Below, piece by piece: positions 8,111 through 16,968 of a DNA stretch of 32,265 nucleotides (its first letter is position 1; every line of letters starts with the position of its first letter). The stretch comes from an uncultured archaeon (GTDB lineage Archaea > Aenigmatarchaeota > Aenigmatarchaeia > GW2011-AR5 > WALA01). The stretch spans positions 1-32,265 of the forward strand of contig CAYYKR010000001.1 in assembly GCA_964469235.1 (NCBI GenBank), read 5' to 3'. The position numbers were made by a program, and so were the translations under genes. The notes beneath the pieces are model-generated. The model searched no databases, was not told the origin of the DNA, and saw only the letters and a list, made by a program, of their open reading frames with translations.

Positions 8111-10072
8111 ATGGTAGAATTTGATGAGTATGGAAAACCTAAGGGATATATTATTGCGGCTAGTCCTGGGTTTAGTCAATTTGGTCAAGGTATGGAAAAG
8201 CTGACATTTTCCGGACTTGCAAGAAAAATAAGTAAAGCTGCCAGACTTGGTTTTGAATTTGCTATGATAGATTATGAAGCTCTTTCAGAAATGTATGAAC
8301 CCAATATAGGCGAGCAGGTTAAAAGGATGAAAGAATCTGAAAAAATGGAGGTAGGGCTTCACTTACCAATCACTTTAGACCTAACACTTGCAACATCTTT
8401 CAACTGGAGTATAATGCATGATATTCTTCAGCGCGGTGCATATTCAGGAAAGGATATAATGGGAGCTCGGTTTGTTTTGGTGCATGCATCATCGTATCCA
8501 AAGCCCGGCATAGTTTTCAGACTTGGCCAGAGAGAATATCCAGAAAAGCTCTGCGCACATGATGGAACCAATCTTGGAGAATTTATGGAGTTAGTTGACG
8601 ATGGGGTATACAACGACCCCGCGCGTGGAAATATAAAACTTTCAAATGGCCGTCGATTGAAAGACTGGTTCATGGGAAAATTCATAAAAATTCTTTTTAG
8701 TGCTATGGGTGTACCTGGTGATGTTCCAATAATAACTTACTTTGATGAAATGTCGTACAATGATGTTTATTTTGCTGAAGCTGTTAAAAAGGCAAAGCAA
8801 TTTGTTTCTGATGTTGAAAAGAGGAAAGACGAGTATGTTACAAAAAGGATGGATGAACTTATAAAAGAGGCAAATTCAATAGAAAAACAAATTAGGGACA
8901 TGGAGAAGAAAAGCGACCTTACAGAAGAAGAAAGGTCAGTATATGAAAATCTAAAAAATAAATACATTAGTTTGAGACACGATATAGACTTGGGAAACAA
9001 TAAATTCGCAAATGAATTTTTTAACAACATGGATAAAGATGAAATTAAAAAGTACATGGAGAGAAAGCGTGTAATAGAAACCGTTGAAAGATACGAATTC
9101 AATCATGTTTACGATTATTGGAAATACAATGGGTCTCAAGCGGAAGAAAATGTTGCCTATAGAGTTATTGCTAAATACATGTACCTTACCGGAGATCCAA
9201 TATGGCTCGATATAATCGGTGATATTGATCCTGACCATATAATAGATGCAGATAATAAAGTGAGAACTGCTCCTGAATTGAAGGGAAAGAAGAACAAGGA
9301 TATAAAAGAACTTGTTGATAAATTCATAATTGCCGTTGCAATAAAATATATTCAAGGCCATCTATTTTCAACTTCAACTGGAAAGGGCATGGAGAGGTAC
9401 GGATTCAACGGCTCTGTTTATGATTATTTGACTAAAAACAAGATAAGAATTTACTTTGAGAATTCTCCCCCTCTAAAAGAAGGGAGTGGAGAATTGAGAA
9501 TATCGTCCGTCATGGGATTGATAGATATTGCAAAGGAGATTGACAATGGAACATTTATTTCTGCTGCCGTGGATACCGAGCATTTGATGTCAAATCTCTA
9601 CTCTCCTTATGAACAGTTTTCATCTATTCCAGATGGATATGGAAAATACATTACGATGCTTCATATAAATGGACCGCGTCCAATTCATCCAACCCACTCG
9701 CCAATTTTTTTATACTCTCCAGACATGGAAATTATTTACAAATGGCTTTACACATTGAAAAAGAGAGGGATGACATCAGCATATTTTGTTTGGGAAATGG
9801 GGTCATATGGAGTTCGGGAGAGTGCTATAGCAATGAGACTTATAAGAAATGAGCTCTCAAAAGAAAATCCTACACCCCCAGATAAACTTCCACCAGAATT
9901 TTTCGGTATGGATGAAACATTCGATGCACGCCAAATGGTTGCCATACGTGAACATGCGTTTGACCCTCTCGAAGGTCTTATAATGGTCCCAGAAGAAAGT
10001 CATACATTCTTGTCTACGGCTGCTAAATCCAAAGGAGGGTTGGCAGTTTGGAACAAGGAGAAGTACTCATGA
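8111..10072 (+). CDS. EndoIV / xylose-isomerase-like TIM-barrel protein with large charged helical insertion (tentative)
   Basis: An ordered series of motifs resembles the AP-endonuclease-2/sugar-isomerase barrel metal ligands: EFAMIDYE, VGLHLP, FVLVHASSYP, then about 250-300 aa of K/E-rich sequence, then RIYFEN, AAVDTEHL, MLHINGP, HPTHSP, YFVWEMG. The track start at 8099 is TTG; the ATG at 8111 follows GGTG with 6-nt spacing. Confidence 0.5.
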   Translation: MVEFDEYGKPKGYIIAASPGFSQFGQGMEKLTFSGLARKISKAARLGFEFAMIDYEALSEMYEPNIGEQVKRMKESEKMEVGLHLPITLDLTLATSFNWSIMHDILQRGAYSGKDIMGARFVLVHASSYPKPGIVFRLGQREYPEKLCAHDGTNLGEFMELVDDGVYNDPARGNIKLSNGRRLKDWFMGKFIKILFSAMGVPGDVPIITYFDEMSYNDVYFAEAVKKAKQFVSDVEKRKDEYVTKRMDELIKEANSIEKQIRDMEKKSDLTEEERSVYENLKNKYISLRHDIDLGNNKFANEFFNNMDKDEIKKYMERKRVIETVERYEFNHVYDYWKYNGSQAEENVAYRVIAKYMYLTGDPIWLDIIGDIDPDHIIDADNKVRTAPELKGKKNKDIKELVDKFIIAVAIKYIQGHLFSTSTGKGMERYGFNGSVYDYLTKNKIRIYFENSPPLKEGSGELRISSVMGLIDIAKEIDNGTFISAAVDTEHLMSNLYSPYEQFSSIPDGYGKYITMLHINGPRPIHPTHSPIFLYSPDMEIIYKWLYTLKKRGMTSAYFVWEMGSYGVRESAIAMRLIRNELSKENPTPPDKLPPEFFGMDETFDARQMVAIREHAFDPLEGLIMVPEESHTFLSTAAKSKGGLAVWNKEKYS

Positions 10073-10143
10073 AGGCAATAGAAAACTTTAAATACTACAT
10101 ATGTATATATTTACTTATAAGTAATAAATTGTAAGGTGGTTAA

Positions 10144-11391
10144 ATGGTAGAAATTGTAAAAGATATGAAAGATGAAAAAAAAGAGGGTATAAAGTATTCA
10201 ACAAGTAAAAGTGAAAAGAAGAAGAATGAAAAAAAGGTTGATTTGAAGAAGTTGCGTGAAGAAAAATTCAAGCTAGCGAAGAAATTTGCAGACCAAGTTG
10301 TAAAGAAATACGGATCTGTCATAAAATCTATTGTTGTATTTGGTTCTGTTGCTCGAGGGGACATGACAGAAAAAAGTGATTTGGACATAATAGTTGTTTA
10401 CGATGATGTTCTTTCTAGGATGAGCTCCGACGTTAAGGAAAAATTTGATGAAGATTTGACTCTAACGGCTAAAAAATTGGATAAGGACATGTCAATTCAG
10501 CCTGCGTGGTCATTATCGGAATTTTGGGAAATGGCACGTATAGGGCATCCACTTTTGATAACAATTGTGAGAGACGGCTGGGCAGTTTATGATACTGGAT
10601 TTTTCATACCATTTAGAAAGCTCTTGGAAATGGGAAAAATACCTTCAACACTTGAAGCTGTAGAAGTTTTCATTTCAAATGCTCCTGAGAAAATTATGAA
10701 AGTTGAAAATATGAAACTTTACATGATAGCTGAAGATTTATACTATGCCGTTTTGAATGCATCTCAATCGGTTTTGATGTATTTAGGGCAGGGTGTTCCA
10801 TCTCCAAAGAACACTGCAAATATTTTCAGAAGATATATGGTTGATACTGGAATAGTTGATGAGAAGTATGCAAGATTCTTAGAAAAAATTGTTGAATTTA
10901 GGAAGAGGGTTGAGCATAAAGAAGTTAGAGAGGTTAGTGGTGCCGAACTCGATAGATACATAAGAAGATCAAAGATATTCGTTTCTAAGATGATGCATGT
11001 TTTGAGTCGTCTTCAGAGAAAGAAAAAAGAGGATATGATAAAAAAGAATTACGACAACATGTTAAAAGCATGTATAATAAAATTGAAGGAAATGAACAAA
11101 CTTGAAAAAGATCCAAAGAAGTTGCCTGAGCTCATCGACAAAAATATATTTAAGACAAAAGAAAACAAACCTTATAGGGAGATATTCAAGCGTGTAATAG
11201 CAATGAGAAAGTTAGTTGAAGAAGGCGAAGTCAAGAAAATACCTGAACGTGATATAGACCTTGTAAATGGATACGTAAATAGATTCTTGAAGAGCATGAA
11301 CTTATCAGAGGAAACCATAGAAAAAGGAGGAAAGATATTAGAAGATATAATTGGAAATAATAAAGATAATGAGAAAGAAGATAAAAAATGA
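10144..11391 (+). CDS. fused minimal nucleotidyltransferase (MNT) - HEPN-like protein with K/E-rich N- and C-terminal extensions
   Basis: Pol-beta-type NTase motif FGSVARGDMTEKSDLDIIVV. Downstream helical domain ends in EFRKRVEH (Rx4H, HEPN-like). SD AAGGTGG lies 4 nt upstream of the ATG. Confidence 0.65.
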   Translation: MVEIVKDMKDEKKEGIKYSTSKSEKKKNEKKVDLKKLREEKFKLAKKFADQVVKKYGSVIKSIVVFGSVARGDMTEKSDLDIIVVYDDVLSRMSSDVKEKFDEDLTLTAKKLDKDMSIQPAWSLSEFWEMARIGHPLLITIVRDGWAVYDTGFFIPFRKLLEMGKIPSTLEAVEVFISNAPEKIMKVENMKLYMIAEDLYYAVLNASQSVLMYLGQGVPSPKNTANIFRRYMVDTGIVDEKYARFLEKIVEFRKRVEHKEVREVSGAELDRYIRRSKIFVSKMMHVLSRLQRKKKEDMIKKNYDNMLKACIIKLKEMNKLEKDPKKLPELIDKNIFKTKENKPYREIFKRVIAMRKLVEEGEVKKIPERDIDLVNGYVNRFLKSMNLSEETIEKGGKILEDIIGNNKDNEKEDKK

Positions 11392-11400
11392 GGTGGTTAG

Positions 11401-11604
11401 ATGAAACCAGATTTTTCCATTCACGGACTCTGGATTTTGGGTGCCGTGTTTATGACATTTGGGTGCTTGATTTTAGGGAATGTTGAATGGGTTGAAGGAA
11501 CTACAACATCAAGTTTTATAATATCATTGACTCTTGCATTTTTGCTCATACTGATAGCTGGAATGTTTTGGATATCAGCAGCAGTTAATGCAAAGAATGT
11601 GTAA
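11401..11604 (+). CDS. small membrane protein, 2 TM helices
   Basis: 67 aa with two hydrophobic helices. Starts 9 nt after the previous stop, preceded by GAGGTGG. Confidence 0.5.
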   Translation: MKPDFSIHGLWILGAVFMTFGCLILGNVEWVEGTTTSSFIISLTLAFLLILIAGMFWISAAVNAKNV

Positions 11605-11625
11605 AGAAATCAAAAATAAATTCAA

Positions 11626-12270
11626 TTAATTTTGAAGTGGTTCTTCTTTTTCTTTTTTCTTCTCTTCACCTTTTGGTTTTTCTTCGATGCGATTTCCTTC
11701 CTTGAGAACTTTTGACTTTATTATTTCAACAGCTCCAACAGGATAAATCTTTTTTATCTCCTCTTTGAGAGCTCTGTTGTAGCTTCCGTTTAGCATTCCA
11801 TCTATAACAGATGATATATCTGAGTTTTTTGTTAAGTTTTTCAATATCCCTTCTGCTTTTTTTCTGACATCTGTGTTTATGGAATTGCTCGTGTTTCTTA
11901 AAAGTATAATGAGAACTTTAAATCTAATTTTGGAGCCATCTTTTAAGCTTATGTCTTTTATAACATCAACTCTTTCAGACCTTCTTTGAACAAGTCTGTA
12001 AATTCTATCCCTTGTATATTCATGTCCGGCAAAAGTTGTATATGCTTTAAGTCCGTCTACTTTGTACACTCTGAGCTTTACCTTTATATAAAATTTGCTC
12101 ATGCTGCCAGTGAGCTCCATCATGCTTGATTCATGAATTCTTCCAACCAAGTTTTTCGGGTCGAATGCAGGTGTTTCACCTACAGTTTTCCCTCCCAATG
12201 ATGGAGGTGCTATGATTTGATACCATTCTTTGTTTAATGCCACATTATCACCATTTTTGTTGATTTTCAA
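11626..12270 (-). CDS. rps3ae: 30S ribosomal protein S3Ae (eS1)
   Basis: KEWYQIIAPPSLGGKTVGETPAFDPKNLVGRIHESSMMELTG...FAGHEYTRDRIYRLVQRR is the typical S3Ae core. The start is uncertain: TTG at 12270 or GTG at 12243 after GGTGA. Confidence 0.9.
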   Translation of the reverse strand: MKINKNGDNVALNKEWYQIIAPPSLGGKTVGETPAFDPKNLVGRIHESSMMELTGSMSKFYIKVKLRVYKVDGLKAYTTFAGHEYTRDRIYRLVQRRSERVDVIKDISLKDGSKIRFKVLIILLRNTSNSINTDVRKKAEGILKNLTKNSDISSVIDGMLNGSYNRALKEEIKKIYPVGAVEIIKSKVLKEGNRIEEKPKGEEKKKEKEEPLQN

Positions 12271-12377
12271 AAATTATACAACCTAAATGTTTTTAAACAT
12301 TAGATTATAACAATTTTAAAGTTTTTAAAGTTTATATGAGAGATAAGATAAGTTAAGAGTATTTGTGTGGTGTTTAA

Positions 12378-12830
12378 ATGGCAAGAATGCATTCAAGAAA
12401 ACATGGAAAATCCGGGTCCAAAAAACCGGATGAATTGAAAAAACCAATTTGGTTATCTTACGATAAAATAGAAGCTGAAAAGATAGTTGTAAAGTTGGCT
12501 AAGGAAGGACACTCGCCAGCTATGATAGGCCTTATTCTCAGAGACCAATATGGCATACCTGATATAAGAATTTACAAAGAAAGAATTCATGATATATTGA
12601 AAAAGAATAACCTCCTTCCAGAAATTCCAGAGGATTTGTATTCACTTTTGAAAAGAACCGTTGAGCTCAGAAAGCACATGAATAAAAATAAAAAAGATTC
12701 GGTCTCTAAGCACGGTCTTGAACTTCTAGAATCAAAAGTTAGGAGACTTGTAAAGTATTATAGAAGAGTCGGAAAACTTCCAAAGAATTGGAAATACGAT
12801 CCAGAGAAAGCAAAATTGCTCGTAAGGTAA
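12378..12830 (+). CDS. rps15: 30S ribosomal protein S15 (uS15, S13e type)
   Basis: [18 protein letters not shown]-terminus and C-terminal S15 helical domain ([29 protein letters not shown]). SD GGTG lies upstream. Confidence 0.93.
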   Translation: MARMHSRKHGKSGSKKPDELKKPIWLSYDKIEAEKIVVKLAKEGHSPAMIGLILRDQYGIPDIRIYKERIHDILKKNNLLPEIPEDLYSLLKRTVELRKHMNKNKKDSVSKHGLELLESKVRRLVKYYRRVGKLPKNWKYDPEKAKLLVR

Positions 12831-12918
12831 TTTATTATTTTTAATTTTATTTTGTTAATTTCTGATTTTTATTGAATAATGTTTTATTAATTTACGCAAC
12901 AATAACTAATGTGATATT

Positions 12919-13527
12919 ATGGAGAAGATTGCACAGGGGGCTGAAGCTGTAATTTACAGAGACGAAGATAGGATAGTGAAAGTCAGATTGCCCAAGAAAT
13001 ATAGAATAAAACAATTGGATGATAAACTTATAAAATATAGGACGCGCCGAGAAATTAAGATACTTACTGATATGAGAGAAAATGGAATCCCGGTTCCGAG
13101 GGTAATGAATTCAGGCAAAAAAAATCTTGAAGATAAAGACCGTAAAATTGAAATGGAATTTATAGAAGGGAAAAAAGTTTTGGACGTATTAAATTCTTCA
13201 AACTGCGAGAGCATTTGTCATAAGATTGGAAAATATGTTGCAGAGATGCATGAGCTCAACATAATTCATGGAGACCTCACGACATCGAATATGATATTCA
13301 AAGATGGAAAGGTGTATTTCATAGATTTTGGACTTGGAAGGCATTCAAATAAAATAGAGGATAAGGCCATAGATTTAATAGTTTTTGAGAGATGCCTAAG
13401 GTCAAGCCACATTAAATTATTCGAATGCTGTTGGAAGAATTTTTTAAGTGGATACAAGAAATATGATAAATTTTTGGAGATTATGAATAGAATAGAAAAG
13501 ATAAATAAGAGGAGAAGATATACGTGA
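12919..13527 (+). CDS. bud32: Bud32/PRPK-type atypical Ser/Thr kinase (KEOPS subunit)
   Basis: GAEAVIY N-terminus, KYRTRREIKIL, catalytic HGDLTTSNMIF and YFIDFGL, EDKAIDL. About 200 aa as expected. Confidence 0.85.
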   Translation: MEKIAQGAEAVIYRDEDRIVKVRLPKKYRIKQLDDKLIKYRTRREIKILTDMRENGIPVPRVMNSGKKNLEDKDRKIEMEFIEGKKVLDVLNSSNCESICHKIGKYVAEMHELNIIHGDLTTSNMIFKDGKVYFIDFGLGRHSNKIEDKAIDLIVFERCLRSSHIKLFECCWKNFLSGYKKYDKFLEIMNRIEKINKRRRYT

Positions 13528-13531
13528 TTGC

Positions 13532-14818
13532 ATGGAGCTCATAGATGTTTTAAAGGAGAATATTGGCATTCTAAAAAATTTCGATGGATATATAAAAGTT
13601 GTATCTCATTACGATGCCGATGGGATATCTAGTGCAGCTATATTATATTCAGCTTTAAGAAGAAATGGAAATGATTTCTCAATACGCATAGTTAAAAGGA
13701 TAGATGACGATTTGATAGAAGATATAAATACAGAAAATCCGGACCTTGTTATTTTTTCCGATATAGGTTCTAGCTACGATTTGAGAAAATTAAAACCTCG
13801 TGCAATATTGCTAGACCATCACGAATCCAAAAAACTTTTTGGGAGCAAAGTCATAGAGATTAATCCGATGAATTTTTCTATAGAGGAGCTCTCCGGGAGC
13901 GGAGTGACTTATTTGTTCATGAAGGAGTTGAACAGGTACAATATATTTCTTTCATATCTTGGTATTGCAGGAGCAATTGGGGATATACGTCCGATAGTTG
14001 GAATGAATTTTGAAATTTTGAGCGATGCGCAAAAGGCAGGTGTTATGACGGTTTCAAAGTCCTTGAATGTTTTTGGGTCAACGACACGCCCGCTCCATAA
14101 ATCAATATACATGAATCAAATTCTACCCAATATTAATTCAGAATCGTCCTCGATACAATTTCTGTCGCAGGCTGGGATAAAGGTAAAAGATGAAAATGGC
14201 TGGAGGACTTTGAGTGATTTGTCTGATGATGAGATGAGGAAACTAACATCAGCAATAATAGCTGAAAGAATTGGAAATGGATTTAGAAATCATTCGGATA
14301 TATTTTCGGTAAGGATGTTGATAAATGGAATTAATATGGATGTGAACGAATTTTCTACCATACTCAATGCATTTGGACGTCTTGGAAAGTATTACGACGG
14401 TATAAAATTTGCAGTAAATCCAACAAGAGATGTTGCAATGAAAGTATACAAGGAGTACAAGAAGTCCATAGGGAAATATATGCGATGGTCAGCTGAAAAT
14501 GTTGAGCTCAAGAAGTTCACGCTCATAGATGCAGATGATAAAATTAATCCAAATTTTATAGGAACCATATGCTCAATGATAATAAAATCCAATGACAATG
14601 TCGATACGATAGTTGGATTGGCAAACGATGAAGGCGGTACCATAAAAGTTTCGGCACGCTCGAAGAAAATTGACATGAATTCTGTTGTGACAAAGATAAT
14701 AGACAAAATTGGTGGAGAGGCAGGAGGTCATTACAACGCCGCCGGCGCTACAATAGAAATTGGAAAGAAAAAGCAGTTTTTAGATGAGTTAAAAAGGATT
14801 TTAAATGTTTCCTTCTAA
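13532..14818 (+). CDS. DHH-family RecJ-like phosphoesterase (archaeal RecJ/GAN-type)
   Basis: DHH motifs HYDADGISSA, FSDIGS, LLDHHES and DHHA1 motif GGHYNAAGA. The rps15-adjacent position is typical for archaeal RecJ-like genes. Confidence 0.85.
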   Translation: MELIDVLKENIGILKNFDGYIKVVSHYDADGISSAAILYSALRRNGNDFSIRIVKRIDDDLIEDINTENPDLVIFSDIGSSYDLRKLKPRAILLDHHESKKLFGSKVIEINPMNFSIEELSGSGVTYLFMKELNRYNIFLSYLGIAGAIGDIRPIVGMNFEILSDAQKAGVMTVSKSLNVFGSTTRPLHKSIYMNQILPNINSESSSIQFLSQAGIKVKDENGWRTLSDLSDDEMRKLTSAIIAERIGNGFRNHSDIFSVRMLINGINMDVNEFSTILNAFGRLGKYYDGIKFAVNPTRDVAMKVYKEYKKSIGKYMRWSAENVELKKFTLIDADDKINPNFIGTICSMIIKSNDNVDTIVGLANDEGGTIKVSARSKKIDMNSVVTKIIDKIGGEAGGHYNAAGATIEIGKKKQFLDELKRILNVSF

Positions 14819-14882
14819 ATATTTCTTAACATTTTAGAATAGTTTAAATACTTTTCCATTTAGAATATAGTGTGGTTTTAAA

Positions 14883-14904
14883 CCTATGAGACATCTGTGG
14901 AGGT
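14883..14904 (+). promoter_or_regulatory. putative K-turn hairpin in the rpl7ae leader, overlapping the Shine-Dalgarno
   Basis: CC(14883-4)/GG(14902-3) C-stem, 3-nt bulge UAU, tandem G88.A901 and A89.G900, then G.G, A-U, C-G and loop AUCU. GGAGGTGA (14899-14906) is the SD for the ATG at 14912. Confidence 0.35.
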
Positions 14905-14911
14905 GAAATGT

Positions 14912-15214
14912 ATGGATGCAAGTAGAATTCTAGAAGTTGTGGAAGTTGCAAGAGAAACTGGTAAAGTAAGAAAGGGTATAAATGAAGTTACAAAGGCAAT
15001 AGAAAGAAGTCAAGCAAAGCTTGTCGTTATTGCTGAGGATACTAATCCACCAGAAATAATTATGCACATTCCAGCTTTATGTGATGAAAAGAAAATAAAA
15101 TACGTTAAGGTACCGAGTAAATCGGAGTTGGGAAGAGCTGTGGGAATAGGTGTTTCAACTTCAGCAGTTGCGATAGTAGAGCCAGGTCAGGCTGACATAA
15201 AATCTATAGAGTGA
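14912..15214 (+). CDS. rpl7ae: 50S ribosomal protein L7Ae (K-turn binding)
   Basis: [60 protein letters not shown] is the canonical L7Ae. The track start at 14897 is GTG; the ATG at 14912 sits 5 nt after GGAGGTGA. Confidence 0.93.
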   Translation: MDASRILEVVEVARETGKVRKGINEVTKAIERSQAKLVVIAEDTNPPEIIMHIPALCDEKKIKYVKVPSKSELGRAVGIGVSTSAVAIVEPGQADIKSIE

Positions 15215-15218
15215 TAAT

Positions 15219-15431
15219 ATGAATGGAATACCAGTTCAAGTAATTCAATTGTTAAAGAGATCCGGAATAAAAGGAATAACTCAGGTTAGATGTAAGGTTA
15301 TGGAAGGTCCTGAATCTGGAAAGGTTTTGATAAGAAATGTTGCAGGCCCCATAAAACTTGGTGATATTTTAATACTTACAGAGATAGATATGGAAAGCGC
15401 CGGAAACATAAGTACCAAAAGGAGGAAGTGA
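15219..15431 (+). CDS. rps28e: 30S ribosomal protein S28e
   Basis: [51 protein letters not shown] matches S28e. Canonical L7Ae-S28e-L24e order. Confidence 0.92.
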   Translation: MNGIPVQVIQLLKRSGIKGITQVRCKVMEGPESGKVLIRNVAGPIKLGDILILTEIDMESAGNISTKRRK

Positions 15432-15433
15432 TT

Positions 15434-15595
15434 ATGGTTAAATGTAGTTTTTGCGGAAAGACGATTGAAAAAGGAACTGGAAAAATGTACGTTAAGACGA
15501 ATGGGCAGGTTTATTGGTTTTGTTCGTCTAAATGCGAAAAAAACTTTTTAAAACTTAAAAGGGATCCTAGAAAAATAAAATGGACTGAGAAGTGA
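15434..15595 (+). CDS. rpl24e: 50S ribosomal protein L24e (53 aa, not in the supplied ORF track)
   Basis: Own translation: [53 protein letters not shown]. CxxC...CxxxC zinc ribbon typical of L24e. ATG lies 2 nt after the S28e stop; TGA at 15593-15595. Confidence 0.88.
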   Translation: MVKCSFCGKTIEKGTGKMYVKTNGQVYWFCSSKCEKNFLKLKRDPRKIKWTEK

Positions 15596-15599
15596 TAAT

Positions 15600-16040
15600 A
15601 TGGCAAAGAAAATTGTTAGAATATCTTCAACGGATATAAGTGCGTCCTTAAGATTACACAGAGCTCTGATGAAAATCAAAGGCATTGGATTTTCATTTGC
15701 AGATGCTATAGTTAAAAATCTCAATATGGACCCAGAGGTAAAAATCGGGGACCTTAGCGATGATGAGATAAAATCTCTTGAAAAAGTAATAAAGGAGCCT
15801 GAAAAGAGCGGGATTCCATCGAGGTTACTCAACAGAAGAAATGATCCCGAAATCGGAAGCGATATGCATTTATCCGGAAGCTCAATAATCACTCACTTAA
15901 GAAAAGATATAGATGACCTAAGAAGAATAAGATCTTACAGAGGAATTCGTCATGAGAGAGGACTTCCTGTGAGGGGTCAAAAGACAAGGTCGTCTTTCAG
16001 AAAGAACAAGATTAGTAAGGTAGGAAGAAAGAGGAGATAA
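15600..16040 (+). CDS. rps13: 30S ribosomal protein S13 (uS13)
   Basis: [34 protein letters not shown] and C-terminal [18 protein letters not shown]. Confidence 0.95.
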   Translation: MAKKIVRISSTDISASLRLHRALMKIKGIGFSFADAIVKNLNMDPEVKIGDLSDDEIKSLEKVIKEPEKSGIPSRLLNRRNDPEIGSDMHLSGSSIITHLRKDIDDLRRIRSYRGIRHERGLPVRGQKTRSSFRKNKISKVGRKRR

Positions 16041-16041
16041 A

Positions 16042-16572
16042 ATGGGACATCCAAAAAAATTGAGAAAGAAATATGATACACCGAAAAAACCTTACGATAA
16101 GGAACGATTAGAAGAAGAAAAAATGTTGATGAAAAGTTTTGGACTTAAGAAAAAGCAAGAAATTTGGAGAGCCGAAAGCAGGCTTAGAAATTATAGAAGG
16201 CGAGCAAGAGAAATTCAAACAGAGAAGAGTAAGGAGAAAGAAAAAATACTCGTTGATAAAGCTTGCAAGATAGGATTGATTGCCCCAAATTCATCACTTG
16301 ATGATATACTGGGTCTTAAGGTTGAAAATCTACTTGAGAGAAGACTTCAAACTCAAGTTTTCAGAAGAGGATTTTCAAGAACTATTAAACAGGCTCGTCA
16401 ACTTATAGTTCATGGTCACGTTTCTGTAAACGGAAGAAAAGTTTGGTGGCCAAGCTACATAGTTAAAGTTGATGAAGAAGACAAGATAGAAGTTGAACAA
16501 CCTCAAAATCCAATCGAGAAAAAACCAGTTAAAAAAATAACATCTACGAAAGAGGGAGAAAATGGAGAATAA
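16042..16572 (+). CDS. rps4: 30S ribosomal protein S4 (uS4, S9e type)
   Basis: [19 protein letters not shown]-terminus and S4 RNA-binding domain [37 protein letters not shown]. Confidence 0.95.
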   Translation: MGHPKKLRKKYDTPKKPYDKERLEEEKMLMKSFGLKKKQEIWRAESRLRNYRRRAREIQTEKSKEKEKILVDKACKIGLIAPNSSLDDILGLKVENLLERRLQTQVFRRGFSRTIKQARQLIVHGHVSVNGRKVWWPSYIVKVDEEDKIEVEQPQNPIEKKPVKKITSTKEGENGE

Positions 16573-16966
16573 GAGAAGTAGAAAAGAAAGATGGGGAATT
16601 TGCTATGTATTTTCATCTAAAAACAATACAATAATTCATATAACAGACATAACTGGTGCAGAAACTATTGCAAGAGTTTCCGGCGGCATGATTACAAATC
16701 AAGATAGATTAAAAGGAACTTCTTACCCTGCTATGAAAGCAGCTCAGAGAGCTGTTGATAAAGCAAAGGAGATGAGAATTACAGGAGTTCACATAAAGAT
16801 AAGAGCTCCTGGAGGAAATAAAAGTAAAATTCCAGGAAAGGGAGCTCAGTCAGCAATTAGAGCACTTGCACGTGCTGGATTGAGAATAGGAAGGATAGAA
16901 GACGTGACACCAGTTCCACATGATTCTATAAAGAAGAAAGGTGGAAGAAGAGGAAGAAGGGTGTGA
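16562..16966 (+). CDS. rps11: 30S ribosomal protein S11 (uS11)
   Basis: [32 protein letters not shown] and [12 protein letters not shown]...[28 protein letters not shown]. 11-nt overlap with rps4. Confidence 0.95.
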   Translation: MENKRSRKERWGICYVFSSKNNTIIHITDITGAETIARVSGGMITNQDRLKGTSYPAMKAAQRAVDKAKEMRITGVHIKIRAPGGNKSKIPGKGAQSAIRALARAGLRIGRIEDVTPVPHDSIKKKGGRRGRRV

Positions 16967-16968
16967 TA

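Noticed and set aside
12831-12918. AT-rich spacer after rps15, checked for a small RNA or terminator hairpin.
   Set aside because: Only T-runs typical of archaeal termination and promoter-like A/T tracts are present. No stem-loop or box motifs.
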